Source: Macrostomum lignano (Eukaryota). From it: 64,000 nt of DNA. The position numbers and the translations under genes are program-made. The stretch is taken from positions 18,076 through 82,075 of the forward strand of contig NIVC01001586.1 in NCBI GenBank assembly GCA_002269645.1, read 5' to 3'. The notes beneath the pieces are model-generated. The model made no database searches. It was not told the DNA's origin and worked only from the letters and a program-made list of their open reading frames with translations. How positions within the stretch are numbered: position 1 is the stretch's first letter; each line of letters opens with the position of its first letter. Positions 1 to 11,702 of this stretch are shown here, in pieces.

Positions 1-305
1 TCCCCCTCTGAGCCATGGCATCTCAGCAACTCCCCCTCTGAGCCATGGCTTCTCAGCAACTCCCCCTCTGAGCCATGGCTTCTCAGCAACTCCCCCTCTG
101 AGCCCTGGCATCTCAGCAACTCCCCCTCTGAGCCCTGGCATCTCAGCAACTCCCCCCTCTGAGCCCTGGCATCTCAGAAACTCCCCTCTGAGCCTTGGCA
201 TCTCAGAAACTCCCCCCTGTGAGCCTTGGCATCTCAGCAACCCCCCCCCCCTCTGAGCCCTGGAATCTCAGAAACTCCCCTCTGAGCCTTGGCATCTCAG
301 CAATC
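1..305. repeat. ~30-bp minisatellite (TCCCCCTCTGAGCCNTGGCATCTCAGCAAC), about 10 units, in a Dishevelled intron; truncated by the window edge
   Basis: Tandem periodicity visible directly; same family as 61745-62003 on the opposite strand. Confidence 0.95.
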
Positions 306-488
306 CCTTCGAGTTAAAAGCAGAAACAGCTCCTTTTTGTTCAGTATGTACAGCAGTTCACAGTATTCTACAGGCCAGTTCAATAGTTCCCAGGCGAACT
401 CTGGACAGACTAGTCTCTTTTGGAGCAGTTAATAGTTAAAAGTACACTATTTGAAGTAATTGCCACTGCATGGCCGCACACCACCCAG

Positions 489-3400
489 CTGGTCACAGCG
501 GACGCGGAGGGCAGCGTCAATTCCGGCAGCAAGCTTGGCAGCGGCGGGGCAGCCGCTCTGCCAGCTGGCGGCAGCGGAGCATCCGGCACCGGCTCTGAGA
601 GCGAGTACAGTGCCCAGCAACAGGCTGGTAAGTTGGCTGGCCTATGGTCTCTAGCTAGAAATTTCACGTTGCAGAAAAGGCACCAGCGCAGGCTTTTCGT
701 TGCGTGTGTCCTTAATTTGGACCCCGGATGCTAAATTGGCCGCCTTGTTTCATATTTCAATTCATTATTGGAATTCTAGAATACAGGAATTCTATTTATT
801 GATAAATTTAAGTAGTCAGTAAACATGGAGTGTGCAGACTTCTGCAACTTCTGTCTGTCTTACTAATGTGTCTCGTGAAATTTTTGCAGATCGAGTGGCC
901 CCGCTACCCAGTTTCAACAATCGGCATCGCGGTACGTCATTTCAGTTTTAGATTATCAATTACTTATTGCTTTTATGTAGAATAGCTTAATTTGCACGTT
1001 TGGATAATCGTTTCCTGTCATATTAAACTTAGTTGGAATGGGTGTTTACAAGTTCAACTATGACTGTTTCCATCTTCAAGTCATGACAAACCGTAAATAA
1101 TAATATGCACTTTTCGATCAGACAGGCAGTTAAAAGCCAGTGAAGTTACACTATGTCTAGCCATGATGTATGATTTCTAAGATTGTCACCTTAATTGTAT
1201 AAGCTGTGCCTATACGATGATGTGCCTCGTAAGCTAGTACAGAGTGTACTGTGGGACCTGCACCATCTGTATGAGCTGTGCCTATTAGCTAGTACAGAGT
1301 GTACTGTGGGACCTGCACCATCTGTATGAGCTGTGCCTATTAGCTAGTACAGAGTGTACTGTGGGACCTGCACCATCTGTATGAGCTGTGCCTATTAGCT
1401 AGTACAGAGTGTACTGTGGGACCTGCACCATCTGTATGAGCTGTGCCTATTAGCTAGTACAGAGTGTACTGTGGGACCTGCACCATCTGTATGAGCTGTG
1501 CCTATTAGCTAGTATAGAGTGTACTGTGGGACCTGCACCATCTGTATGCGCCATCCGCACTTCAGGCCTCCGCCTTGGCGGGCCGGGTCGCCCGCATCGC
1601 CACAGCAAGCAGCAGCAGCCAACTTACGAGTCGGCTGGCAGCATGATGTCAAGCGATCTGGACTCGACCTCATTTCTTGACAGCGAAGATGACATCGAGA
1701 GCAGCCGGTTCAGCAGCGCCACCAACACTACCTACTCCGCCGCCGCTGCCAGGAAAAATCTGCAGAAACGGCATCATCGGCACAAAAAACGGGCACCGCA
1801 TATTAGCAGAGTGAGTAGCTAGATAACGAGGGCTGACCGTGTCTTATGTTTATTGGCTGGTGACAATCTGCATTATACTACTATTAGTAGCTTATTAGTA
1901 CTATCCATCCATCCAAAGCATCCATGTTGTAGTTTTTTCTTGTCTGTCTGTCTGTCTCAGTGTCTGTCTGTCTGTCTGTCCGTCTGTCTGTCTGTCGACG
2001 TCCCTGCTACTGTACGCGCTCATCGATATTCATAATTCATAATCCATTAATACATGTACTTCGCATGTCATCCGTCAGACATCTCTTAACTCTTCACGGT
2101 AAAATCAGCGGCCGCTGTCCTAAACCAACATCGCCAAACCGACATCTCAAACTGACACCCCTAAACCGACACCCCAAACCGACATCTCAAACCGAGACCC
2201 CCAAACATACCTCAGAACCGGCACCCTCAAACCCAACACCCCCAAACATACCTCAGAACCGGCACCCTCAAACCCAACACCCCCAAACATACCTCAGAAC
2301 CGGCACCCTCAAACCCAACACCCCCAAACATACCTCAGAACCGGCATCCTCAAACCCAACACCCCCAAACATACCTCAGAACCGGCACCCTCAAACCCAA
2401 CACCCCCAAACATACCTCAGAACCGGCACCCTCAAACCCAACACCCCCAAACATACCTCAGAACCGGCACCCTCAAACCCAACACCCCCAAACATACCTC
2501 AGAACCGGCACCCTCAAACCCAACACCCCCAAACATACCTCAGAACCGGCACCCTCAAACCCAACACCCCCAAACATACCTCAGAACCGGCACCCTCAAA
2601 CCCAACACCCCCAAACATACCTCAGAACCGGCACCCTCAAACCCAACACCCCCAGACGTCCTCGTTCAGCAGCGTGACTGAGTCGGCGGTGTCCCTGGAC
2701 GTGCGCACCGTGGAGCTGGACATGGACGCGGTGCAGTTCCTCGGCATCAGCATAGTAGGCCATCCGGCAGCCAACGGCGGCTCCGGCGGCATCTACGTCG
2801 GTTCAATCATGCGCGGCGGCGCCGTGGAACGCGAAGGCAGCATCCAGCCGGGCGACATGCTGCTCGAGGTTAACAATATCGCTTTTGAAAATCTTGAAAA
2901 CGACGAAGCCGTTCGAATATTACGCGATCAGGTGCAGAAGCCGGGCAAAATTCGTCTAGTAGTGGCCAAGTGCTGGGACTCGCGCGATTATCAGTTGCGC
3001 ACAATGCCGCGCGAGGAGCCGGTCAGGCCTATCGACCCGCGCGCCTGGGTGCTGCACACCAACGCTATGCGACAGGACCCGGACAGCGGCAGCGGCGGCA
3101 CTGGCACGCTTGGCGGCTCTCAGCAGATCGCACCGGCCGCTTCCTGTCTGGTTGGCGGCCTGCCTGAGAATGTTGATAGCCGGCTCACTGTCACAGGTGC
3201 GCCTGCGTCTTTAATTGCCTTTAATTGTTGTCCTAGCCCTGCTGCTTGAGAAAAATGCGTTTATCCATCCTAATTATCTTCTGGCTGGCCTTTAATTGCC
3301 CTCGGCAACTCGGTCGTCCTGCCTAAATATTGCACCAATACAGACTCTCCTCGCCAAGAATCGCCCCGATACCCCACCAAGAATCGCCCCGATACCTTAC

Positions 3401-6400
3401 CAAGAATCGCCCCTATACCCCACCGAGAATCGCCCCGATACTTTACCAAAAATCGTCCCGATACCCCACCGAGAATCGCCCCTATACCCCGCCAAGAATC
3501 GCCCCTATACCCCACCGAGAATCGCCCCTATACCCCACCGAGAATCACCCCTATACCCCACCGAGAATCGCCCCTATACCCCACCGAGAATCACCCCTAT
3601 ACCCCACCGAGAATCGCCCCTATACCCCACCGAGAATCGCCCCTATACCCCACCGAGAATCGCCCCTATACCCCACGAAGAATCGCCCCGATACCTTACC
3701 AAGAATCGCCCCTATACCCCTCCGAGAATCGCCCCGATACCTTACCAAAAATCGCCCAGATACCTCACTAAAAATCGCCCCTATACCCCACCGAGAATCG
3801 CCCCGATACTTTACCAAAAATCACCCCGATACCTCACCGATAATCGCCCCTATACCCCACCGAGAATCGTCCCGATACTTTACCAAAAATCACCCCGATG
3901 GCTCACTATGAATCGCTCCGATGCGCCGCCAAGAATCGCTCCGATGCGCCGCCAAGAATCGCTCCGATACTTTACCAAAAAATCACCCCGATACCTCACC
4001 TAGAATCGCCCCTATACCCCACCAAGAATCGCTCCGATACTTTACCAAAAATCACTCCGATACCTCACCAAGAATCGCCCCTATACCCCACCAAGAATCG
4101 CTCCGATACTTTACCAAAAATCACCCCGATACCTCACCTAGAATCGCCCCTATACCCCACGAAGAATCGCCCCGATACCTTACCAAAAATCACCCCGATA
4201 CCTCACCTAGAATCGCCCCTATACCCCACGAAGAATCGCCCCGATACCTTACCAAGAATCGCCCCTATACCTTACCAAAAATCGCCCCGATGGCCCACTA
4301 TGAATCGCTCCGATGCGCCGCCAAGAATCACTCGGATACCCCACCAAGAATCGCTCGGATACCCCACCGAGAATTGCCCCGATACCTTACCAAGAATCGC
4401 CCCGATACCTTACCAAGAATCGCCCCTATACCCCACCAAGAATCGCCCCGATACCCCACCAAGAATCGCCCCGATACCTTACCAAGAATCGCCCCTATAC
4501 CCCACCGAGAATCGCCCCGATACCTTACCAAAAATCGTCCCGATACCTTACCAAGAATCGCCCCTATACCCCACCGAGAATCGCTCCGATACCTTACCAA
4601 AAATCACCCCGATACCTCACCTAGAATCGCCCCTATACCCCACGAAGAATCGCCCCGATACCTTACCAAGAATCGCCCCTATACCCCACCGAGAATCGCC
4701 CCTATACCCCACCGAGAATCGCCCCGATACCTTACCAAAAATCGCCCAGATACTCCACCAAGAATCGCGTCGGATACCCCACCGAGAATCGCTCGGATAC
4801 CCCACCGAGAATCGCTCGGATACCCCACCGAGAATCGCTCGGATACCCCACCAAGAATCGCGTCGGATACCCCACCGAGAATCGCTCGGATACCCCACCG
4901 AGAATCACTCAGATACCCCACCGAGAATCGCTCGGATACCCCACCGAGAATCGCTCGGATACCCCACCGAGAATCGCTCAGATACCCCACCAAGAATCGC
5001 TCCGATACCCCACCAAGAATCGCTCGGATACCCCACCAAGAATCGCTCGGATACCCCACCATGAATCGCTCGGATACCCCACCATGAATCGCTCGGATAC
5101 CCCACCATGAATCAAATTATAAACCTTAGCAATTCCGCTCACCCTGTGCAGCCGCAAGCGTCAGCACGTCTTCCTGTTCCTTGCCCGAGTCGGAGCGCTA
5201 CACAGCCGAGGAGCTGATGCCGCCCCTCACTACTCAGACTGATCTGCACACCATTGCCAGCGCCATGGCTATGCCGGACTCCGGCTTGGAGGTGCGGGAT
5301 CGCACCTGGCTTAAAATACCTATCCCGAAGGCTTTCATTGGTAAGCTGGCGTTCAATTAATCATAATGAATAGAAAGTATGCTAAAACTCTACTTTTCCT
5401 ACTTTTAGTAGTTTATTTATCTCTGATTTTCAAATACGAGTATATTATAGTGTTTATCTCCACAAAAGTTTTACTTAATCAATAAAAAAGTGCGCGCTTG
5501 TGTCAAATCATGCGAATCAAATTAAGTGCCAAAGCATATCAATCAAAAGGGCGTTTTAACAATGGGCCTTGAGGTGTCTAAGGAGGCATTCAACGATTTA
5601 AAATCATGCGCACATACCGGCAGGCTCCGATCTAGTCGATTGGCTCTACACTCGAGTCGAAGGCTTCACTGAGCGTAAAGAGGCGCGCAAATGGGCAGCC
5701 GAGATGCTTCGCCAAGGCTGCATCCGGCACAAGGTTAACAAGGTGGGATTCTCCGAGCAGTGTTACTATGTGTTTGGCGACTGTGCTGTCGGCGGAGTCT
5801 CAGCAGCAGCTGACGTCCATCCACCGCCGCCTGCCCTACCGGTAGACATGTCGAAGCTTAACGTCGGCGGCGGCTTCGACTCCGGTGGCTCTGGTCGCCA
5901 ACAGCTGCCGCAGCCGCAGATGCCGCCGATAAACTGGGCGCCTCCAGGACCGCCGCCTAGCTACACAGGTGCGATGCCGCTGCCCTACTCCTTAGACCGA
6001 GCAGATAGCGTCAGCCAGTACAGCAGCTTGCAGGCGAAAACGCCTACACCGCTGGGCGCCATGCCGCCGGTTAATTCTGCCGCTGTTGGCAGCGACAACT
6101 CCAGTGAGTGCGGCTCTGTAGCTAATCCAGTTCTAACTGGGATTCTAATGGTCTAATCCAGTTCTAACTGGAATTCTAATGGTCTAATCCAGTTCTAACT
6201 GGGATTGTAATGGTCTAATCCAGTTCTAACTGGGATTGTAATGGTCTAATCCAGTTCTAACTGGGATTGTAATGGTCTAATCCAGTTCTAACTGGGATTG
6301 TAATAGTCTAATCCAGTTCTAACTGGGATTGTAATGGTCTAATCCAGTTCTAACTGGGATTCTAATGGTCTAATCAAATTCTGATGGTCTAGTCTAGATC

Positions 6401-6851
6401 CTAATAGTCTAATATAGAATCTAATTGAGGTTCTAATAGTCTAGTCCAAACTCTAATAACTGAGTTTCTAATTTTATTCAGATTTTAGCTGGGATTCTGA
6501 TAATCGAATTCCGATTCTAACTGGGATTCTGATGGTCTAATCCATTTCTGACTAAGATTGTAATGGTCTAATCCGGGATCTAACTCGGTTTTTAATGGCC
6601 TAAAATATTAGAATTTTAATTATCTAGTTCGCATTCTAACCGGGTTTCAGTAGTATAAAATCCAGATTCAAATAGTCTAATGCAGAGTTCTTATTTATAA
6701 GTGTTAGATGTAAAAAATTCCTGCAGCCGACTCCGTTGCCCTCCCCCCCCCCCTAGTCGGCAGCAGTTCGGCTTCATCCGGCAGCCTGCACCCAGCGGCC
6801 CCCGATACGCTGGGCGGCGGCAGCAAGCAGGGCTTCAGGCCAGGCGGCTAA
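489..6851 (+). CDS. dvl: Dishevelled (5'-partial; DIX exon(s) upstream of the window)
   Basis: Exons 489-627, 890-931, 1566-1810, 2656-3196 (or 2626-3196), 5152-5340, 5624-6103, 6757-6851, all AG/GT bounded with matching phases. Motifs: LVTADAEGS (end of DIX), [11 protein letters not shown], basic [11 protein letters not shown] (FLGISIVG...[13 protein letters not shown]...PGDMLLEVN...VVAKCWD), [13 protein letters not shown] ([27 protein letters not shown]...[11 protein letters not shown]). The last exon is the least certain. Confidence 0.95.
1232..1547. repeat. 55-bp minisatellite, ~5.7 near-identical copies, in a Dvl intron
   Basis: Unit AGCTAGTACAGAGTGTACTGTGGGACCTGCACCATCTGTATGAGCTGTGCCTATT recurs at 1232, 1287 and onward. 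Confidence 0.95.
2195..2655. repeat. 41-bp C/A-rich minisatellite, ~11 copies; the last unit forms the PDZ-exon acceptor
   Basis: Period 41 (GCACCCTCAA at 2221 and 2262); array ends ...CAACACCCCCAG|ACG. Confidence 0.95.
3345..5112. repeat. Compound ~21-bp minisatellite (GAATCGCCCCTATACCCCACC variants) filling a Dvl intron
   Basis: Produces RIAPIPH-type 7-aa periodic ORFs in several frames; lies between donor 3197 and acceptor 5151. Confidence 0.95.
6122..6375. repeat. 31-bp minisatellite with an internal near-palindrome
   Basis: Unit AATCCAGTTCTAACTGGGATTGTAATGGTCT, about 8 copies, then decays; starts 18 nt after donor 6104. Confidence 0.93.
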
Positions 6852-7839
6852 GCTGCAGAATGCATGCATTACAGTGCTGGGCACTTGCCTTAGTAATATG
6901 AATTGGTATGTCATTTTATAAGCTGCTATCTCTCCTGACTGGCGGTGTCTGGCATTGTGCTGTAGTACTCTATATGTAATAATTATCAATAATTTAAAAT
7001 CGTTTGTCTTCGCAATAAATCTTCTCAGTAGCAAATGCACACACCATACTGGCTATGCTGACAACATTCAGTGTTTAAAGTGTCTGTCTATCACTTTGAA
7101 TTGCATCAGACTCCATCATCTCATTCATTTTTTTGTTGTATAATCTTGTTGCGCCTGTGCTGGAGCAGCTCTCCACACATTTCACAACTACGTTTCACTG
7201 TTCAACTTGTGGTGATTTACATATATCAACGTGTAAAGAAAATGTTTCTTTTTCAAATGTATCCAAAGTTTATAGATTTCTACAAGATCGTGAGTGTCTG
7301 CATTGCAGTGTTTCTGTACGGGTAGGCATTCTCTGAATATTTACCACCGATCGGTGATCAATCCAATATGAATTTCTTCAAAATTATTACTTCGTTCCTG
7401 CAATATGCGCATAAGCTACTAAATGAAAAGTAGTTTACAAGCGTATTGCCTGTGCACTGATCAAGCGGAACAAATCTTGTTGATATCTATGGTCTGTTGG
7501 ATCTGTCTCCTTTCCTCACCATAGGTAGTTCTACTGTTAGGCTGTGTTTTACCTGCGTACCGGACCTCTCCCGACAGAAGGAAGTAGAGAATAATGCCTT
7601 CTATCTATTGCTTGCGAGGGCTGCGATTTTGCTTTTTATCTTCTGTTTTCGTTTTTGCGTGACAACGCTGCTTTCGTATGAATCAAAGCAAATTGCATCA
7701 GTGGAGTTCTGTTTCTTTCGCTGCTGCTGTTGTAGCTTTCCCAAGCTCTGTGCTTCATTGTCTGCTTCTTTTTGGCTCTCTGTCTCCGTCTTTTTATTTT
7801 GACGTGTTCAGCACTTGCTAGCGGCGATCCTCTTGTCTG

Positions 7840-8034
7840 CCCGTCTATCTGTCTATATGTGTATGTGTCTGTCTGTGTCCTGTACGCGTCTGTCTTAGTG
7901 TCTGTCTGTCTGTCTGTGTCCTGTACGCGTCTGTCTTAGTGTCTGTCTGTCTGTCTATCTGTCTATATGTGTATGTGTCTGTCTGTGTCCTGTACGCGTC
8001 TGTCTTGGTGTCTATCTGTCTGTCTGTCTGTCTA

Positions 8035-8125
<91 letters not shown>

Positions 8126-8335
8126 GTATGTGTCATGTGCGCGTCTGTCCTTCTGTCTTTCTTAGTGTCTGTCTGTCTATCTGTTTGTCTGTCTGTAGTC
8201 TGCTGCGTGTCTGTCTGTGTGCCTGTTTGTCTCTGCTTGTCTGTCTGTCTATCTGTCTGTCTGTCTGTAGTCTGCTGCGTGTCTGTGTGCCTGTTTGTCT
8301 CTGCTTGTCTGTCTGCCTTGCTGTCTGTCTATCCA
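7840..8335. repeat. Degenerate (GTCT)n microsatellite
   Basis: Direct periodicity; a short tract of the same repeat lies at 1940-1995. Confidence 0.93.
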
Positions 8336-9029
8336 TCTACATCGCCTTTATTCCCGTTCATAAGCATTTTCATAATAAAGTATACTCATGAAACAACTCT
8401 TGTGCAAGAGCAGTTTTTTAATTAAGAGTCGTAGCGGCGCTTTTCAGTATAGATTTTCAATATAGCATGTGTAATTAATAACTGTGCCCTGTCGGTTATT
8501 GTTTCTGTCCAATAGTACAATTGCAATAAATATTAGATATAATCGGCGCCTCCTACATTAAGATATGCTGTTCTCAGTCTCGGATGTGCTGTCCACGCGC
8601 CCTGCCAGATTGTATATGTTCGCTGGCTTTTCACTTGACAACTGATCACTCTTTAGACATTTCAGCTAATGTGATTTACAAAATCGCCGTGTTTATCCCA
8701 TAGTTGCTGTGTACTTTTACTATACGTGTATTAATATTTTTAGCCTGCTGCTATTCAAGCGTCAGTGATTTTAACAAAAAGAAAGTTTACTCTTCAGAGT
8801 TTTAGCCTGAGCTCTCTGCCCCTCTGCGTTCAGGAATAGAAATATAATTTCGCCTGTCCATTCAGTGTCGCTCCTGTAATCATATATATTAGCTTATGTC
8901 AGTTCTGCGTTGGGCATGGCAATTTCTTTGCCTGTAAGAAATCGTCTTGTTTGTCGGCGTCTTTGGTGTTACTTTCTTTATGCTGGTAATATCTCTGATC
9001 GAACTCCCTGCACTTCTGAGATTTTGTCC

Positions 9030-9772
9030 TCACCCTATGATGAGATTTTGTGTCTCAGCCCCACCCTATGATGAGATTTTGTGTCTCAGCCCCACCCTAT
9101 GATGAGATTTTGTGTCTCAGCCCCACCCTATGATGAGATTTTGTGTCTCAGCTCACCCTATGATGAGATTTTGTGTCTCAGCCCCACCCTATGATGAGAT
9201 TTTGTGTCTCAGCCCCACCCTATGATGAGATTTTGTGTCTCAGCTCACCCTATGATGAGAGTTTGTGTCTCAGCCCCACCCTATGATGAGATTTTGTGTC
9301 TCAGCTCACCCTATGATGAGAGTTTGTGTCTCAACCCCAGCCTATGATTAGATTTTGTGTCTTAACCCCAGCCTATGATGAGATTTTGTGTCTCAGCCCC
9401 AGCCTATGATGAGATTTTGTGTCTCAGCTCCACCCTATTATAAGATTTTGTGGCTCAACCCCATGATGAGAGTTTGTGGCTCAACCCCATGATGAGAGTT
9501 TGTGGCTCAACCCCATGATGAGAGTTTGTGGCTCAACCCCATGATGAGAGTTTGTGGGTCAACCCCATGATGAGAGTTTGTGGCTCAACCCCATGATGAG
9601 AGTTTGTGGCTCAACCCTATGATGAGAGTTTGTGGCTCAACCCCATGATGAGAGTTTGTGGCTCAACCCCATGATGAGAGTTTGTGGCTCAACCCTATGA
9701 TGAGAGTTTGTGGCTCAACCCCATGATGAGAGTTTGTGGCTCAACCCTATGATGAGAGTTTGTGGCTCAACC
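9030..9772. repeat. Minisatellite grading from a 31-bp to a 26-bp unit
   Basis: CCCCACCCTATGATGAGATTTTGTGTCTCAG on the left, CCCCATGATGAGAGTTTGTGGCTCAA on the right. Confidence 0.93.
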
Positions 9773-10102
9773 CCTCCCTTAGATGCGATTTTGCGTCTCA
9801 ACTTACAACGTTTTAACTTTGAAAGTACCTGCACCTAATGTTTATAATATACTATAAGTAATATTTGATTTTTGTAAATTTCTCAACCTCACACTGCACC
9901 GAAGACTTTAAAGTTCTCCCTCAGAATTTATCCAAATTACGCAGCTAATATTGCTGACCAGGAAGAGAGGAAAAAATGCAGGCCTTTAGAAGTCTTAGTT
10001 GCTAAACATGCAGCATTAAGTGACTTTCCATCTGTATAATCCGGCAATGGTCTTGTTTACAAGCAGCTCTCGCACTCGTGCCTGTGGAATCTCCGGACTC
10101 AC

Positions 10103-11038
10103 CTGATGCTGTAGATAAATGCCTCCTCCCGGCCTTCTCTGCCTGTCACTTGCGATAAAAATGTCAACGAGCTTCGTCTAGAAAACGAGTTTGCTTCACA
10201 GAGGTACATGTTGTCTAGTCCAAATAAAAGTACATCGAGTTTTGCGTTTACTCGCCGCAGCTCTGTGACTTCTTGATCCGGCCGGGTGTGGCACAAAGCT
10301 GCGCTAAGATGCGGTGGGCAGAACTGCCTGTATGAATTCAGCTGTGCTATTTCATACGATAATTCCATTGGGAAATCTCAGCTGTCCCAGAAATCCAACT
10401 TTCTAGCTGCCGGATGCAGGATGGAGGCTATTGAAGGGAGAGTACAGTCGAATCGGGTGCGCTCCGCGTGCAGATGATGATTATCTGATGAAGATGGAAA
10501 TCACAAGCACAATATACTCGTATAATTATAGCTCGTAGCAGATGTTCAGGGAAACGATTTAACACACGCAACAGGTCAAAATTCACTAACCTTCAACAAA
10601 CTTCTCACCGGATTCGAGTACAGCGTCCTTCTATAGTCTAGAAGTCCCAGACTCGCGTATACCTGCAGAGCCCGCCTCTGCAAATTGCCCAACCGTGTCC
10701 TGTGTATTAGAGAGCACCGGAACTGAGGGCTCAGTGGCGTGCAGTGCAGCACAAGGGAACGGAAGTAACACTGCGGGAGCCGCCTGTCGCCTCTGATTAG
10801 AAAATGATAGATCGGAGAAATGTTCCTTTGAACTTCTACATATAAATTACCCCCGCTGAATCCTACATGTACCTATCCCAGACAGTCTCACCTTAAAATT
10901 TTAATTGACCGGTCTGCACGACGTGCGAATCCTGCGATTGCACTAATTAAAGGCCGTGATATAGCTACATATATGATGGGTCTTCTATGATATCCTTTTG
11001 GCTTTTTATAAAGAGCAGGCGATGGTGGGCGCGCATGG
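10103..11038 (-). CDS. Candidate exons of an unidentified gene (possibly the 3' continuation of the 11.7-15.3 kb gene)
   Basis: Open exons 11038 (or 10931)-10892 and 10792-10591 join in phase 2; strong donors at 10891 (AAG|GTGAGA), 10590 (AAG|GTTAGT) and 10102 (CAG|GTGAGT). No recognisable domain; the chain could not be closed. Confidence 0.3.
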
Positions 11039-11039
11039 C

Positions 11040-11400
11040 TGAGGTTGGCGATGGGTGGGTGCATGGCTGGGGTTGGCGATGGGTGGGTGCATGGCTGGGG
11101 TTGGCGATGGGTGGGTGCATGCATGGCTGGGGTTGACGATGCAGGGTGGGTGCATGTATGGCTGGGGTTGGCGATGGGGTTGGCGCATGTTTTGGGTTGG
11201 CGATAGGGTGGGTGCATGGCTGGGGTTGGCGATGGGTGGGTGCATGCATGGCTGGGGTTGGCGATGGGTGGGTGCATGTATGGCTGGGGTTGGCGATGGG
11301 GTTGGCGCATGTTTTGGGTTGGCGATAGGGTGGGTGCATGGCTGGGGTTCGCGGCGGGGTGGGTGCATGTATGGCTGGGGTTGGCGATGGGTGGGTGCAG
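11040..11400. repeat. 28-bp G-rich minisatellite (GGCTGGGGTTGGCGATGGGTGGGTGCAT)
   Basis: Period 28 with internal variants. Confidence 0.92.
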
Positions 11401-11702
11401 ATCAGATGCTGCAGCGAGGACAACCGCGCACTCTGCGTTTCGTTAAGATTTTTTTGACTGTGTGCCATGTTTTGAGCCTAACAGACTCACTATTTGCCGT
11501 CTTTTGTTTTTCCCGCAATTAAATTTGTCCAGCAAAGACAATAATTATGTAATGCAAATTTATAGCTCGTTTGCTTGTTTTCTTGCCGTCTGCAATCACT
11601 TTCTTATTATAGAGGTTCCTTCCTCCATCTGTGAAATTTCCCAGTCATCGCAATTACTGCGACATCGGGTGCTGAGCCTTCCGCCTTCAAAATTGATCCA
11701 AT

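Noticed and set aside
1232-1547. CRISPR-like array (hairpin-containing repeats)
   Set aside because: Units are contiguous with no unique spacers, there are no cas genes, and the context is a eukaryotic intron. The same applies to all other arrays.
1960-2655. N-terminal half of the 429-aa ORF as part of Dvl
   Set aside because: It is intronic repeat read in frame with the PDZ exon; the conserved Dvl sequence joins 1810 to ~2656, and intron retention hits TAG at 1820.
3296-5087. Pro-rich 190-390-aa ORFs (RIAPIPH)
   Set aside because: Translations of a 21-bp intronic minisatellite; Dvl splices cleanly across it.
11630-11700. RecQ-like PVIAITATS on the + strand
   Set aside because: An isolated short match flanked by stops, with no other helicase motifs.
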